Source of the DNA: Clostridia bacterium
Lineage (GTDB): Bacteria > Bacillota > Clostridia > UMGS1883 > UMGS1540
DNA length: 45,991 bases
Assembly (NCBI GenBank): GCA_045533905.1
Contig: JAZSIR010000010.1
Span: 1-45,991, forward strand
Reading direction: 5' to 3'
The number at the start of each line of letters is the position of its first letter. Positions within the stretch are counted from its first letter, which is position 1. This document shows, piece by piece, positions 37,344-45,991 of the stretch. The translations under genes and the position numbers were made by a program. Below the pieces are notes generated by a model. It did no database searches, was not told the origin of the DNA, and saw only the letters and a program-made list of their open reading frames with translations.

Positions 37344-37883
37344 ATGGCAACACTGAAAGGTACAAGAACAGAAGCAAATCTTATGGCCGCATTCGCAGGT
37401 GAATCGCAGGCCAGAAACAAGTACACCTACTATGCATCCCGTGCAAAGAAGGACGGCTTTGAACAGATCGCCGAAATCTTCACGGAAACTGCAAACAACG
37501 AAAAGGAGCACGCCAAAATCTGGTTTAAGCTTCTGCACGACGGTATGCCGGACACGCTTACGAATCTTAAGGATGCCGCCGCAGGCGAAAACTACGAATG
37601 GACAGAAATGTACGCCGAATTTGCACGTGTTGCAAAGGAAGAAGGCTTCGACCACATTGCTTTCCTTTTTGACGCCGTCGGCAAAATCGAAAAAGAACAC
37701 GAAGAACGCTATAACGCTCTCGTGAAAAATGTAGAGAATGACGCCGTCTTTAAAAAGGACGAAGAAAAGGTTTGGATTTGCGCCAATTGCGGTCACATCC
37801 ACGTAGGAAAAGAAGCACCGGAAGTTTGCCCCGTTTGTGCACATCCGAAGGCATACTTCAAGCTTTTGGCCAAAAACTATTAA
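37344..37883 (+). CDS. rbr: Rubrerythrin
   Basis: [23 protein letters not shown]-terminal CANCG...CPVC. Confidence 0.95.
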   Translation: MATLKGTRTEANLMAAFAGESQARNKYTYYASRAKKDGFEQIAEIFTETANNEKEHAKIWFKLLHDGMPDTLTNLKDAAAGENYEWTEMYAEFARVAKEEGFDHIAFLFDAVGKIEKEHEERYNALVKNVENDAVFKKDEEKVWICANCGHIHVGKEAPEVCPVCAHPKAYFKLLAKNY

Positions 37884-37915
37884 AGCGAACGGCTGTAAAA
37901 AAGCTACACGCAAAT

Positions 37916-37945
37916 AGGGACTCTCCATTTTGGAGAGTCCCTTTG
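37916..37945. terminator. Intrinsic terminator between convergent genes
   Basis: AGGGACTCTCCA-TTT-TGGAGAGTCCCT. Confidence 0.7.
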
Positions 37946-37988
37946 TGTATATGCCGTTTTGCGCTCTACGCTTTTTTACATTCCCAAA

Positions 37989-38948
37989 TTAGTAACCGAC
38001 TTTTTCCCAGCACTCAAACGGCGCTGCGATTTCTTCGCTTACATATACCTGCGTCTTCATAAGCTGGAGCATCGAGCTTGGTACAAGCGGGGTAACCGGT
38101 CCGTGCAGAACGAGACGGGAAGTCATTCTCTGCCAGGAGGAGAACGTGTTGTTTGTTAAAAGTGCATGCACTTCGATACGTTCTCTTGCGTTCTTAACGT
38201 CAACCGGACCGATTGTGGCGGCCTTCGGCGGAACGTCTGCAATGTAGCCGGACTGGCCGAATACGCCGTGCAGAGAGTTCTGCGCAACCGTTAAGGGATG
38301 GAGCGTAACAATCTTCGCTTCCTGCTGGAGGTATTCTTCCATATTATCGGTAATGAACTCCTCTACGGGGTCAATAAAGGCCATATGACCTGTCCAGCCG
38401 GGAGAAGAGCTGCAGATATCGGCACCGCCCTCGCCACATTCCGTAATCATTTTGGAGTAGCAGCTAATGTTCTTGTTTGTGGGATAGTGCACGTTTTCCA
38501 TCGGCATACGAAGCTTTTCGTCGATTTGGTATACGAGGTACTTCAGCATCGAATGTGCAAAGCCTGCCTTGTAGGTTTCCGGTGCGATGTTGCCCTGGTC
38601 ATCTGCCCATTCGTCCATTGCAAAAATGTGTACCTTTTTGCAGTCTACCTGGAAGTAGTTAATGAGCTGTGCGAGCGGAATGTACGTTTCCGGTTCGGGA
38701 TTGCCGAGAATGAGGGTGATTTTTCTGTTGTTCTCGGAAGCTTCCTTAATGCGCGAGAACAGCGTAGCAATCAGCACCGGATGCGGATTCATCATAACCT
38801 TGATGTTGAAATCCGGGTTCGGATGCTTCTCGAGCTCCTTGCCGCTGATTTTGCGAAGGCGTTCGCATACTTCGCGATCACGGAAGGGTACGTAGTCCCC
38901 CGGGACAAACTTGAAATCTGTCGGCGGATCAAAAATAATGTTGTTCAT
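37989..38948 (-). CDS. Divergent NagB/sugar-phosphate deaminase-isomerase-fold protein
   Basis: FAMDEW, PGWTGHMAF.DP, LHPLTVAQN, VPPKAATIG, HGPVT..VPSS.L resemble NagB motifs; TAATG coupling to the nagA-like gene. Confidence 0.65.
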   Translation of the reverse strand: MNNIIFDPPTDFKFVPGDYVPFRDREVCERLRKISGKELEKHPNPDFNIKVMMNPHPVLIATLFSRIKEASENNRKITLILGNPEPETYIPLAQLINYFQVDCKKVHIFAMDEWADDQGNIAPETYKAGFAHSMLKYLVYQIDEKLRMPMENVHYPTNKNISCYSKMITECGEGGADICSSSPGWTGHMAFIDPVEEFITDNMEEYLQQEAKIVTLHPLTVAQNSLHGVFGQSGYIADVPPKAATIGPVDVKNARERIEVHALLTNNTFSSWQRMTSRLVLHGPVTPLVPSSMLQLMKTQVYVSEEIAAPFECWEKVGY

Positions 38949-40081
38949 TACAAAACCTCTCCTTTTAGTATTGTTTTTTTCACAGTAAACCAATGGTCTA
39001 CCAGAATTACATTGGCAAGGCTTCCGGGGCGAAGGGTTCCCACATTGTCAAGCCCGAGGAGCCGCGCGGGATTTCGCGACGCGTACGTGAACATATCACA
39101 TACCGAGCCGCCCGTGTGTTTTATCATATTTTGGCAGGCTACATCGAGCGTAAGGCGCGAGCCTGCGATTTCACCTTGATGGTCGAAATTAATGTCAAAT
39201 GCCTCCTCGCAGCCGGGAATGGGCGGACCGTCCGCTACGAAAGCATCGGAAATTAAAATAATTCTGTCTCTTCCTTTAATTTTAAGAAGCAGGCGAATCA
39301 TATAGGGGTCTACGTGAATACCCAGCGAATCGCAAATAATTTCGGCATAGATATCCCGATTATAGTTAACTGCCTCATCTACGCAAACGCCGCGGCATTC
39401 GGGATAGTTTTCAATCGTGCCTGTGGCATTGGTGTGGTGTGTGGCAAGCCGAAGCCCGTACGGCATAAGCGCCTCAATCTCATGAGGGCGCGCCGTGCTG
39501 TGTGCTACGGAAAAAACGATGCTTGGAATTTTCTTTTTTACATACTCGACAAACGCACGCGTACCTTCACGCTCCGGCGAAAGGCACCATACCTTCGCAA
39601 AATCCGACGCGGCATCCACAATTTCCGCGTAGTCTTCTTCGCGAATTTCGCCCTTCCATACGTTTTTCTCTCTGTCGCATCCAAAGTCGGGGTTGAGATA
39701 CGGCCCTTCCATATAAAGGCCGAAAACATTCGGGCAATCGCCGTGCTCCCTTGCCGCGTGAATGCGGCGGATGGCCGAGAGATGCTCCTCTCGCCCAAGG
39801 CTATAGTACAGCGCCGGCAAAACGCTCGTAACGCCGTGGCGCAGGAGTGTTTTCGAAACACCCTCCGGCTCCTCATGGAAATACCGCACGCCATCGCCAT
39901 GCGTGTGGATATCGATAAGCCCGGGGCCTACGAAAAGCCCTTCGGCATCGATAATCTCCGCACCTTCCGGCACCGAAAGCTTGCGCCCGGCAGCAAAGAT
40001 GCGCTTGTTTTCCATTAAAAGTACGCCATCCGGCTCATAATGGTCCGAGAAAACGAGAGTTGCATTCACAATTGCGCGCAT
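38948..40081 (-). CDS. NagA-like amidohydrolase (N-acetyl-hexosamine-phosphate deacetylase family)
   Basis: PGLIDIHTHG, MEGPYL, AHS, THHTNA, HVD, ISDA, AGS.LTL, NPARLLG. Confidence 0.8.
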   Translation of the reverse strand: MRAIVNATLVFSDHYEPDGVLLMENKRIFAAGRKLSVPEGAEIIDAEGLFVGPGLIDIHTHGDGVRYFHEEPEGVSKTLLRHGVTSVLPALYYSLGREEHLSAIRRIHAAREHGDCPNVFGLYMEGPYLNPDFGCDREKNVWKGEIREEDYAEIVDAASDFAKVWCLSPEREGTRAFVEYVKKKIPSIVFSVAHSTARPHEIEALMPYGLRLATHHTNATGTIENYPECRGVCVDEAVNYNRDIYAEIICDSLGIHVDPYMIRLLLKIKGRDRIILISDAFVADGPPIPGCEEAFDINFDHQGEIAGSRLTLDVACQNMIKHTGGSVCDMFTYASRNPARLLGLDNVGTLRPGSLANVILVDHWFTVKKTILKGEVL

Positions 40082-40112
40082 ACGACCCCTCCAATCCCCA
40101 TACTCTGCCCCC

Positions 40113-40142
40113 ATTATAGCATCCTTCTTTATGGCGTGTCAA
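40113..40142 (-). promoter_or_regulatory. Sigma-A promoter of the nagA-like operon (TTGACA-18-TGnTATAAT)
   Basis: Reverse complements of TGTCAA 40137-40142 and ATTATA 40113-40118. Confidence 0.7.
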
Positions 40143-40153
40143 TCGAATTGGCT

Positions 40154-40168
40154 ACGAAAAATTTTCGT
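40154..40168. promoter_or_regulatory. Palindrome ACGAAAA-A-TTTTCGT, putative LacI operator (second copy CGAAAATTTTCG at 40229-40240)
   Basis: Two related palindromes in the divergent intergenic region. Confidence 0.55.
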
Positions 40169-40249
40169 TTTTTCTCCTTGAAAAACTGTGTATTATATGA
40201 TATTATTATATTGTAATGCGCTATATTACGAAAATTTTCGGAGGTGCAT

Positions 40250-41230
40250 ATGAATCTCGCGAAGCTTGCAAAACTCGCCCATGTTTCTGTTTCCACCGTT
40301 TCCAAAGCATTCTCCGGCAGTCGGGAAATCAGCGACGAAACGCGCGAAATGATTTTAACCCTCGCGAAGCAAACAGGTTGCTTTGAAAAATATTATAAAC
40401 CGAAATACGAACGAAAGCTTATTGCGGTAATTTGCCCCGAGCTTTTGGGCGTACATTATTCTGCCATGGCCACCTGCATTGAAAAGGCGATTGCCGAAAA
40501 AGGCGGCACGATGCTTCTCTCCTTCAGTAACTTCTCTCCCAAGGCGCAAAGGGATCTTATTGAGTATTACACCACGTTTGCACATACGGACGGCATCATT
40601 GTGATTGAGCCGACGGAAAAGATTCGTACGAGTTCCAAAATCCCGATTGTACAAATCTCGCTTGGCGAAGATGCAGGGAATGTGCATACGGTGAACATGG
40701 AAATTGCGCCCGGTATGCGCGCGGCGCTTCGCTATTTAAAGCGCATGGGCCACACAAAAATCGGGTTTATCGGCGAGGCGCATACGCCGATGGAATACGA
40801 AGTGTTCTGCACGCACATGAAAGAAAACGGACTCACGGTTTCGCCTGAATTTCTCTCCATAAACGAACACCGTTTTTATGATTGCGGCTACTATGGCATG
40901 GAAGAGCTTCTTGCTCGCAAGGAGAGACCGACCGCGGTGTTCGGCGCATACAGCCATGTTTCCCTCGGTATGCTGCAAAAGCTGCGCGAAACACAGCTTC
41001 GCGTGCCGGAGGATATTTCCGTTCTTTGTATGGACGACATTGAGGTCAGCCCCTATAGAGACGTGGAGCTTGCCTCTATCCGTATGCATCTTACAACGCT
41101 TTGCGACGAGGCGGTATCGCTTCTCTACCAAAGCTTCCAAGGCGGCGATAGTCTCATAAAACACACCATAACGATAGAACGGGACTTTTCGCCCGGGGCG
41201 TCTATCACAGACCTTACAAAAAAACAATGA
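40250..41230 (+). CDS. LacI-family transcriptional regulator
   Basis: LAKLAHVSVSTVSKAF HTH; GH.KIGFI, RPTAVF, LRVPEDISV. Confidence 0.9.
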   Translation: MNLAKLAKLAHVSVSTVSKAFSGSREISDETREMILTLAKQTGCFEKYYKPKYERKLIAVICPELLGVHYSAMATCIEKAIAEKGGTMLLSFSNFSPKAQRDLIEYYTTFAHTDGIIVIEPTEKIRTSSKIPIVQISLGEDAGNVHTVNMEIAPGMRAALRYLKRMGHTKIGFIGEAHTPMEYEVFCTHMKENGLTVSPEFLSINEHRFYDCGYYGMEELLARKERPTAVFGAYSHVSLGMLQKLRETQLRVPEDISVLCMDDIEVSPYRDVELASIRMHLTTLCDEAVSLLYQSFQGGDSLIKHTITIERDFSPGASITDLTKKQ

Positions 41231-41261
41231 AAAATCCGCACACAATTGTGTGCGGATTTTT
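41230..41261. terminator. Palindromic terminator after lacI
   Basis: AAAAATCCGCACACAA/TTGTGTGCGGATTTTT perfect inverted repeat. Confidence 0.75.
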
Positions 41262-41429
41262 AAGGTTTGGCGTATGAAGCAGATGTGCAAAAAACTGCCC
41301 CCAAAGTGGCAGTTTGATTATTTATCCATATTTTGTTTTTGCGGTGTTGATGGATGAAATGCGCATTTTACGAATTGTTCCACACGCCCGAAGGGCATCT
41401 CACAAATCCTGAAAGGATTTCTTTCGTTA

Positions 41430-41467
41430 AAAAAAGCACCAATCTTGTACAAGATTGGTGCTTTTTT
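41430..41467 (-). terminator. tRNA operon terminator
   Basis: AAAAAAGCACCAATCTTGT/ACAAGATTGGTGCTTTTTT perfect palindrome right after the tRNA-Glu CCA. Confidence 0.8.
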
Positions 41468-41468
41468 C

Positions 41469-41543
41469 TGGTGACCCCTACGAGAATCGAACTCGTGTTA
41501 CCGCCGTGAAAGGGCGATGTCTTAACCGCTTGACCAAGGGGCC
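41469..41543 (-). tRNA. tRNA-Glu (TTC)
   Basis: GGCCCCTTGGTCAAGCGGTTAAGAC...CTTTCAC...GTTCGATT...GGGGTCACCA. Confidence 0.96.
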
Positions 41544-41548
41544 GCATA

Positions 41549-41625
41549 TGGTAGCGGCGAGTGGGCTCGAACCACCGACCTAACGGGTATGAACCGTTTG
41601 CTCTAGCCAACTGAGCTACACCGCC
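41549..41625 (-). tRNA. tRNA-Met (CAT), elongator type
   Basis: GGCGGTGTAGCTCAG...GGTTCATACCC...GTTCGAG...GCCGCTACCA; G1-based acceptor like the Bacillus elongator tRNA-Met. Confidence 0.93.
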
Positions 41626-41655
41626 ACATGACCTTGCGCCTCAAACGCAGGTATT

Positions 41656-41684
41656 AGTATACTACAAAATATTTACTTTGTCAA
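41656..41684 (-). promoter_or_regulatory. Sigma-A tRNA promoter (TTGACA-17-TATACT) with A-rich UP element
   Basis: Reverse complements of TGTCAA 41679-41684 and AGTATA 41656-41661; T-tract 41689-41718. Confidence 0.8.
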
Positions 41685-41790
41685 GTAATTTTTTTTATTT
41701 TTTCTTTTTTATTTTTTTACTCTCTCTTTTGGTCTATTCCATAGCCTCGTCCCATATACTGTACAAACCATAGAGAAAGGAAGAACAGCG

Positions 41791-42096
41791 ATGCTTGACG
41801 AAAAACGATTCACAAAGCCCGCACCGAAGGAGGCTATGCACAACCTGATTCTGGAAAACCGGAAAAAGCTTACACTTTCCGGCATCGAAGATGTAGACAG
41901 CTTCGATGAAGAAAGCATTTCCCTCTTCACGGATTCGGGTCTTTTAACGGTGCGGGGTGATTCTCTGCATATTCAGAAGCTGAGCGTGGAGAGCGGCGAG
42001 GTGCTCATTACCGGTCAGATTGATTCGCTCGTCTATTCGGAAGAGGACGGAAGAGCGCGCCGCGGTATAGGCTTTTTAGCAAAGCTCTTCCGGTAG
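41791..42096 (+). CDS. yabP: Sporulation protein YabP
   Basis: HNLILENRKKL.LSG..DV.SFDE, L.V.G..LHI.KL, G.IDS..Y; sigma-E-like CATATACT at 41753-41760. Confidence 0.92.
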   Translation: MLDEKRFTKPAPKEAMHNLILENRKKLTLSGIEDVDSFDEESISLFTDSGLLTVRGDSLHIQKLSVESGEVLITGQIDSLVYSEEDGRARRGIGFLAKLFR

Positions 42097-42099
42097 ACG

Positions 42100-42609
42100 A
42101 TGGCTATCTCCGTAAAAGAACAGACGCTCATTTTTCTCATATCCATTCTTGTCGGCGTGGCGGGGAGCATATTTTTTGATATGTTCCGCGCCTTTCGTCG
42201 GCTCGTGAAGGCGCGCGCTGTCTGGGTAAGCATACAGGACCTTCTTTTCTGGCTTATCACGGGCTTTTCCGTCTTTCTGTTTTTATACCGCATCAATTTC
42301 GGCGAAGTGCGCTGGTACATTTTTTTCGGGATTGGTCTTGGGATTTTTTTCTATTATCTTGCCTTCCGAAACCGTATCGTTATGCTTCTCCTCTTCCTCG
42401 CACGGATGCTTTTATCCATCCTCCGTTTTTGTCTCCGGCTTCTTGCACTTCCGCTTCGGTTTTTGTCCCGCCTTATGCGGCCCGTTTTCTTCTTTGTATG
42501 GACGCCATGCACCGCACTCGGCCGCCGATGCCGTCGGCTTGGCCGCGCTTTTTGGCGGTGGGCACGGAGAGACGGAAAAAAATTGAAAAAAAGATTGAAA
42601 ATGTATTAA
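42100..42609 (+). CDS. yabQ: Spore cortex biosynthesis protein YabQ
   Basis: FD.FR..R, QDLLFW, NFGEVRWY; follows yabP. Confidence 0.9.
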   Translation: MAISVKEQTLIFLISILVGVAGSIFFDMFRAFRRLVKARAVWVSIQDLLFWLITGFSVFLFLYRINFGEVRWYIFFGIGLGIFFYYLAFRNRIVMLLLFLARMLLSILRFCLRLLALPLRFLSRLMRPVFFFVWTPCTALGRRCRRLGRAFWRWARRDGKKLKKRLKMY

Positions 42610-42667
42610 AAAACCCTTTACAAATCCGCACTTTTCATATATAATACTTCACAAGTGGGGTAATAGC

Positions 42668-42970
42668 ATGAACAAGAGAAAAAAACAAGGCCAACCGAAG
42701 AGAAAACTGAATATTCACGCTCTTTTCATGATAGGTCTTATCATGTATCTTTGTTATGCATTGATTTCCCAGCAAACCACTCTTCATTCCTCGAATGTGC
42801 GCATTGCTGAGCTCGAGGAGGAAATCGTTTCTGCGGAAGGCCGCCTTCTGGAAGTACAGGATATGGATGCCTTTTCGAAGTCGGACGAGTATATTGAAAG
42901 AGTGGCACGGGAAAAACTGGGGCTTGTCCTTCCCGACGAAACTGTTTTCGTAGATGTAACCGGCCGCTAG
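42668..42970 (+). CDS. divIC: Septum formation initiator (DivIC/FtsB)
   Basis: Basic N-terminus, TM, coiled coil, YIERVAREKLGLV.P.E. Confidence 0.85.
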   Translation: MNKRKKQGQPKRKLNIHALFMIGLIMYLCYALISQQTTLHSSNVRIAELEEEIVSAEGRLLEVQDMDAFSKSDEYIERVAREKLGLVLPDETVFVDVTGR

Positions 42971-43060
42971 TCTTTAGAGTATGCCGTCATCACATTCGGA
43001 AGGTTTATAGCCCGCCACTCCTTACGATATTCTATTTTCCGAAGGGAGCAGCATACATTT

Positions 43061-43489
43061 ATGTCGGTTGAGGTTGGAGCAATTCTGGAAGGCCGTGTGG
43101 AAGGCATTACAAATTTTGGCGCTTTTGTAAATATCGGGGACGGTAAAACGGGTCTCGTACATATTTCGGAAGTTGCCACCGCGTATGTAAAGGACATTCG
43201 TGAGTTTTTGACGGAGGGGCAAACGGTGCGCGTGAAGGTTATGTCACTCGAACCCGGCGGCAAAATCGCCCTTTCGATTAAAAAGGCTATCAGAGAAGAA
43301 AGGCCCGCCCGCCCGAAAAGCGCACCCACCGGGCGCCCGATGGAATTTGACTTTTCCAGAAAGCGCGAAAGCACCGGCGACAGCTTTGAGGACTTACTCC
43401 TCCAGTTCAAGCACGACAGTGATGAACGGATGCAGTCGATGAAGCGCGGCAACGAACCGCGCCGCACCAGTCGCCGCGGCAATAACTGA
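43061..43489 (+). CDS. S1 RNA-binding protein (YabR-like)
   Basis: G.V.GITNFGAFV, GLVHISEVA, I.LSIK, SFED....FK.DSDER. Confidence 0.9.
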   Translation: MSVEVGAILEGRVEGITNFGAFVNIGDGKTGLVHISEVATAYVKDIREFLTEGQTVRVKVMSLEPGGKIALSIKKAIREERPARPKSAPTGRPMEFDFSRKRESTGDSFEDLLLQFKHDSDERMQSMKRGNEPRRTSRRGNN

Positions 43490-43501
43490 CGGATACAAAT
43501 T

Positions 43502-43534
43502 CTGCCTCTCTTTTATAAAGAGGCAGTTTGTTTT
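43502..43534 (+). terminator. Intrinsic terminator
   Basis: CTGCCTCT...AGAGGCAG followed by TTTGTTTT. Confidence 0.65.
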
Positions 43535-43588
43535 ACGAATACTTCTCCTGTTTCTTTGGCACACTACCTCAAAAAGGAGGTATGCCTG

Positions 43589-43744
43589 ATGCCGAAACGG
43601 AAAAAGGCACGAAAAAATCCGCAACCGTATGACACATACGCCCTCGCAGAAAAAGCAACGCGGGATCCGGATACGAATGCCGCACGGCCGAGCGATGAGA
43701 ATGTCGCCGGAATGCGAGCATGGTCTGAGGAAAACAAACTGTAA
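43589..43744 (+). CDS. Small spore-associated protein (DUF3787-like)
   Basis: C-terminal TN...PS.ENV...RAW.EENKL motif; AAGGAGG RBS; sigma-G-like GAATA-18-CACACTA at 43537-43566. Confidence 0.6.
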   Translation: MPKRKKARKNPQPYDTYALAEKATRDPDTNAARPSDENVAGMRAWSEENKL

Positions 43745-43792
43745 ATCGGTGCCTTACGGCGCCGATTTACAAGTATTTAGGAGGTACATACT

Positions 43793-45718
43793 ATGGGACT
43801 TACACTGGCACAGAAAATTATTGAAAAGCATCTTGTTTCCGGCGAAATGAAGGCAGGAAATGAGATCTCCATCCGCATCGACCAGACGCTGACGCAGGAC
43901 TCCACGGGCACGATGGCCTACCTGCAGTTTGAAGCGATGGGGATTCCGAAGGTGAAAACAAAGAAATCGGTGGCGTACATTGATCACAACACCATTCAGG
44001 CCGGTTTTGAAAATGCCGACGACCATAAATATATTCAGACAGTAACGGGCGCACACGGTATTTACTTCTCCCGCCCCGGCAACGGCATCTGCCACCAGGT
44101 ACATCTGGAACGTTTCGGCGTTCCGGGCTACACGCTTTTGGGTTCCGACAGCCACACGCCGACAGGCGGCGGCATCGGTATGCTCGCGATTGGCGCAGGC
44201 GGCCTTGACGTTGCAGTTGCGATGGGTGGCGGCGCGTACTTTCTGGCTATGCCCAAAATGGTGCGCGTAAACCTTACGGGCAAGCTTTCCGGCTGGGTTT
44301 CTGCAAAAGACGTAATTTTAGAAGTCCTCCGTATTTTAAGCGTTAAGGGCGGCGTTGGCAAAATTATTGAATACGCCGGCGAAGGTGTAGCTACGCTTTC
44401 TGTCCCCGAGCGCGCCACTATTACGAATATGGGTGCCGAGCTTGGCGCCACCACTTCGATTTTCCCGAGTGACGAAGTTACCCGCGCATTTCTTCGTGCG
44501 CAGGGCCGCGAAGAGGACTTCACGCCCCTCGCAGCGGACGCGGATGCCGTATATGACGAGGAAATCACAATTGATCTTTCCTCCCTTTCCTCGCTTACAG
44601 CTATGCCGCACAGCCCCGACAATGTAAAGAGCGTAAAAGAGCTTGAAGGGCTCAAAGTTGATCAGGTGTTTATCGGCAGCTGCACGAACTCTTCCTATAC
44701 AGATATGATGAAAACAGCCGCCATCTTAAAGGGCAAAACGGTGCATCCGGATGTCAGCCTTGTTATCGGCCCCGGTTCGAAGCAGGTGCTGCAGATGCTT
44801 GCAGAAAACGGCGCACTTGCCGATATGATTGCTGCCGGCGCCCGTATTTTAGAATGTGCCTGCGGCCCGTGCATCGGTATGGGACAGGCTCCGAAATCGA
44901 ATGCCATTTCTCTCCGTACCAATAACCGCAACTTTGAAGGTCGAAGCGGCACAAAATCTGCGCAGGTATATATCGTAAGCCCCGAAACGGCGGCGCTTTC
45001 CGCCATCACAGGAAAGCTTACCGACCCTGCAGTTCTCGGCGAACGTCTCGAAATCGAAATGCCGAAGGCCTTTATTGCCGAGGATAATATGGTTGTGGCA
45101 CCCGCACCCGAAGGGCAGGAACCGGAAGTTGTGCGCGGCCCGAACATTAAAGAATTCCCCATAAATCGCCCGATGGGTGAAAAGGTGGAAGGCAAAGTGC
45201 TGATTCGCGTGGAAGATAATATCACCACAGACCACATTATGCCGTCGAACGCTTCGCTTCTCCCCTTCCGTTCGAACATTCCGCATCTTTCCTCGTTCTG
45301 CCTCACGCCCTGCGACCCCGATTTCCCGGCCCGCGCCAAGGAAAACGGCGGCGGCATCATCGTAGGCGGCACAAACTACGGGCAGGGCTCGAGCCGTGAA
45401 CACGCCGCGCTCGTCCCCTTATATCTCGGTGTGCGCGCCGTTATCGCAAAAAGCTTTGCACGTATCCATATGGCAAACCTTATAAACTCCGGTATTCTGC
45501 CGCTTACCTTCGAAAACGAAGCGGATTACGATGCCGTTTCGATGGAAGACGTACTCGAAATCGAAAATGCACCCACACAGCTTCTTTCCGGCGAAGTGAT
45601 TACCGTGAAAAACGTAACGCGCGGTACCGAGTTTAGGACGACGCTTTCCCTCTCCCCGCGCCAGAAGGAAATTCTCCTTGCCGGCGGCCTTTTGAACTAC
45701 ACTAAAAATAACGCATAA
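43793..45718 (+). CDS. Aconitate hydratase (clostridial short type)
   Basis: TQDSTGT, DHN, GICHQ, DSHT, GSCTNS, CGPCIG, NRNF.GR, ITTDHI, GQGSSREHA. Confidence 0.93.
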   Translation: MGLTLAQKIIEKHLVSGEMKAGNEISIRIDQTLTQDSTGTMAYLQFEAMGIPKVKTKKSVAYIDHNTIQAGFENADDHKYIQTVTGAHGIYFSRPGNGICHQVHLERFGVPGYTLLGSDSHTPTGGGIGMLAIGAGGLDVAVAMGGGAYFLAMPKMVRVNLTGKLSGWVSAKDVILEVLRILSVKGGVGKIIEYAGEGVATLSVPERATITNMGAELGATTSIFPSDEVTRAFLRAQGREEDFTPLAADADAVYDEEITIDLSSLSSLTAMPHSPDNVKSVKELEGLKVDQVFIGSCTNSSYTDMMKTAAILKGKTVHPDVSLVIGPGSKQVLQMLAENGALADMIAAGARILECACGPCIGMGQAPKSNAISLRTNNRNFEGRSGTKSAQVYIVSPETAALSAITGKLTDPAVLGERLEIEMPKAFIAEDNMVVAPAPEGQEPEVVRGPNIKEFPINRPMGEKVEGKVLIRVEDNITTDHIMPSNASLLPFRSNIPHLSSFCLTPCDPDFPARAKENGGGIIVGGTNYGQGSSREHAALVPLYLGVRAVIAKSFARIHMANLINSGILPLTFENEADYDAVSMEDVLEIENAPTQLLSGEVITVKNVTRGTEFRTTLSLSPRQKEILLAGGLLNYTKNNA

Positions 45719-45881
45719 CTCCAAAAGGGAATGTAAAAAAGTCCAGATCGCAAAAAGGCAATAAAAGCACGGTATATGGAGTGCGAATCTTTCGTAGAAA
45801 TCTTATCTAAAGCCGAAAAATCTCATTTTGTTCGATTTTTCTTTCTTTTAAAGCCTTTTTGCTACACAAAAACTCCACCGC

Positions 45882-45991
45882 TCGCAGACGTCGCAAGTTT
45901 CACTTTTCGCCCGTTTGCTTTCGCAAAGCGTCCGTTTTCACTCACTTGCTCCTTTCCCCCTTAACGTCTTACGACGTTCGGGGTCCCCAGA
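45882..45991. repeat. Structured intergenic element (nested hairpins, GGGGTCCCC), probably truncated by window end
   Basis: GCAAGT/ACTTGC outer stem around TTTGC-TTTC-GCAAA; CCCC..AACGTC-TTAC-GACGTT.GGGG; GGGGTCCCC. Confidence 0.4.

Noticed and set aside
41262-41429. Spacer after tRNA-Glu with small hairpins (GCCC-GAA-GGGC, AAATCCT-GAA-AGGATTT), possible att scar or sRNA
   Set aside because: No duplicate of the tRNA 3' end seen in the window, no integrase, no promoter; insufficient support.
1-45991. CRISPR array, rRNA or defence system
   Set aside because: No regularly spaced repeats, rRNA sequence, cas genes or defence genes seen.

Overview
Core-like chromosomal window from a spore-forming Clostridia-type Firmicute (sigma-A promoters, AGGAGG RBSs, spoIIM/dacF/yabP/yabQ). 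From the left: (1) the 3' end of an IS3/IS150-type element abutting an AT-richer, AraC-controlled sugar-acid catabolic operon (enolase-superfamily dehydratase, MBL lactonase, SDR, RraA/HMG aldolase, Eda, nitroreductase, KdgK); (2) dnaD-dnaC-DUF4364, ylmH, and a MacAB-like exporter with an internally duplicated adaptor plus an SLH protein; (3) a 123-bp IS3-derived MITE, a GHMP kinase, and proC-spoIIM-xerD-like-dacF; (4) DUF1385-prmC; (5) an ~600-nt OLE (ornate large extremophilic) non-coding RNA with its own promoter, followed by oapA-dxs-tlyA; (6) lrp, FHA-rodA-pbp, xpt plus a nucleoside ABC transporter, and rubrerythrin; (7) a divergent nagA/nagB-like pair with LacI; (8) tRNA-Met and tRNA-Glu, yabP-yabQ-divIC-yabR, a small spore protein and aconitase. 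The most notable signals are the OLE RNA/OapA locus (a known family, invisible to the ORF track, here in rearranged context), an apparently catalytically dead XerD, the MITE, a probable CTG-initiated ABC ATPase and two uncharacterised sugar pathways. All calls are by eye and from recalled family motifs; no searches were run.
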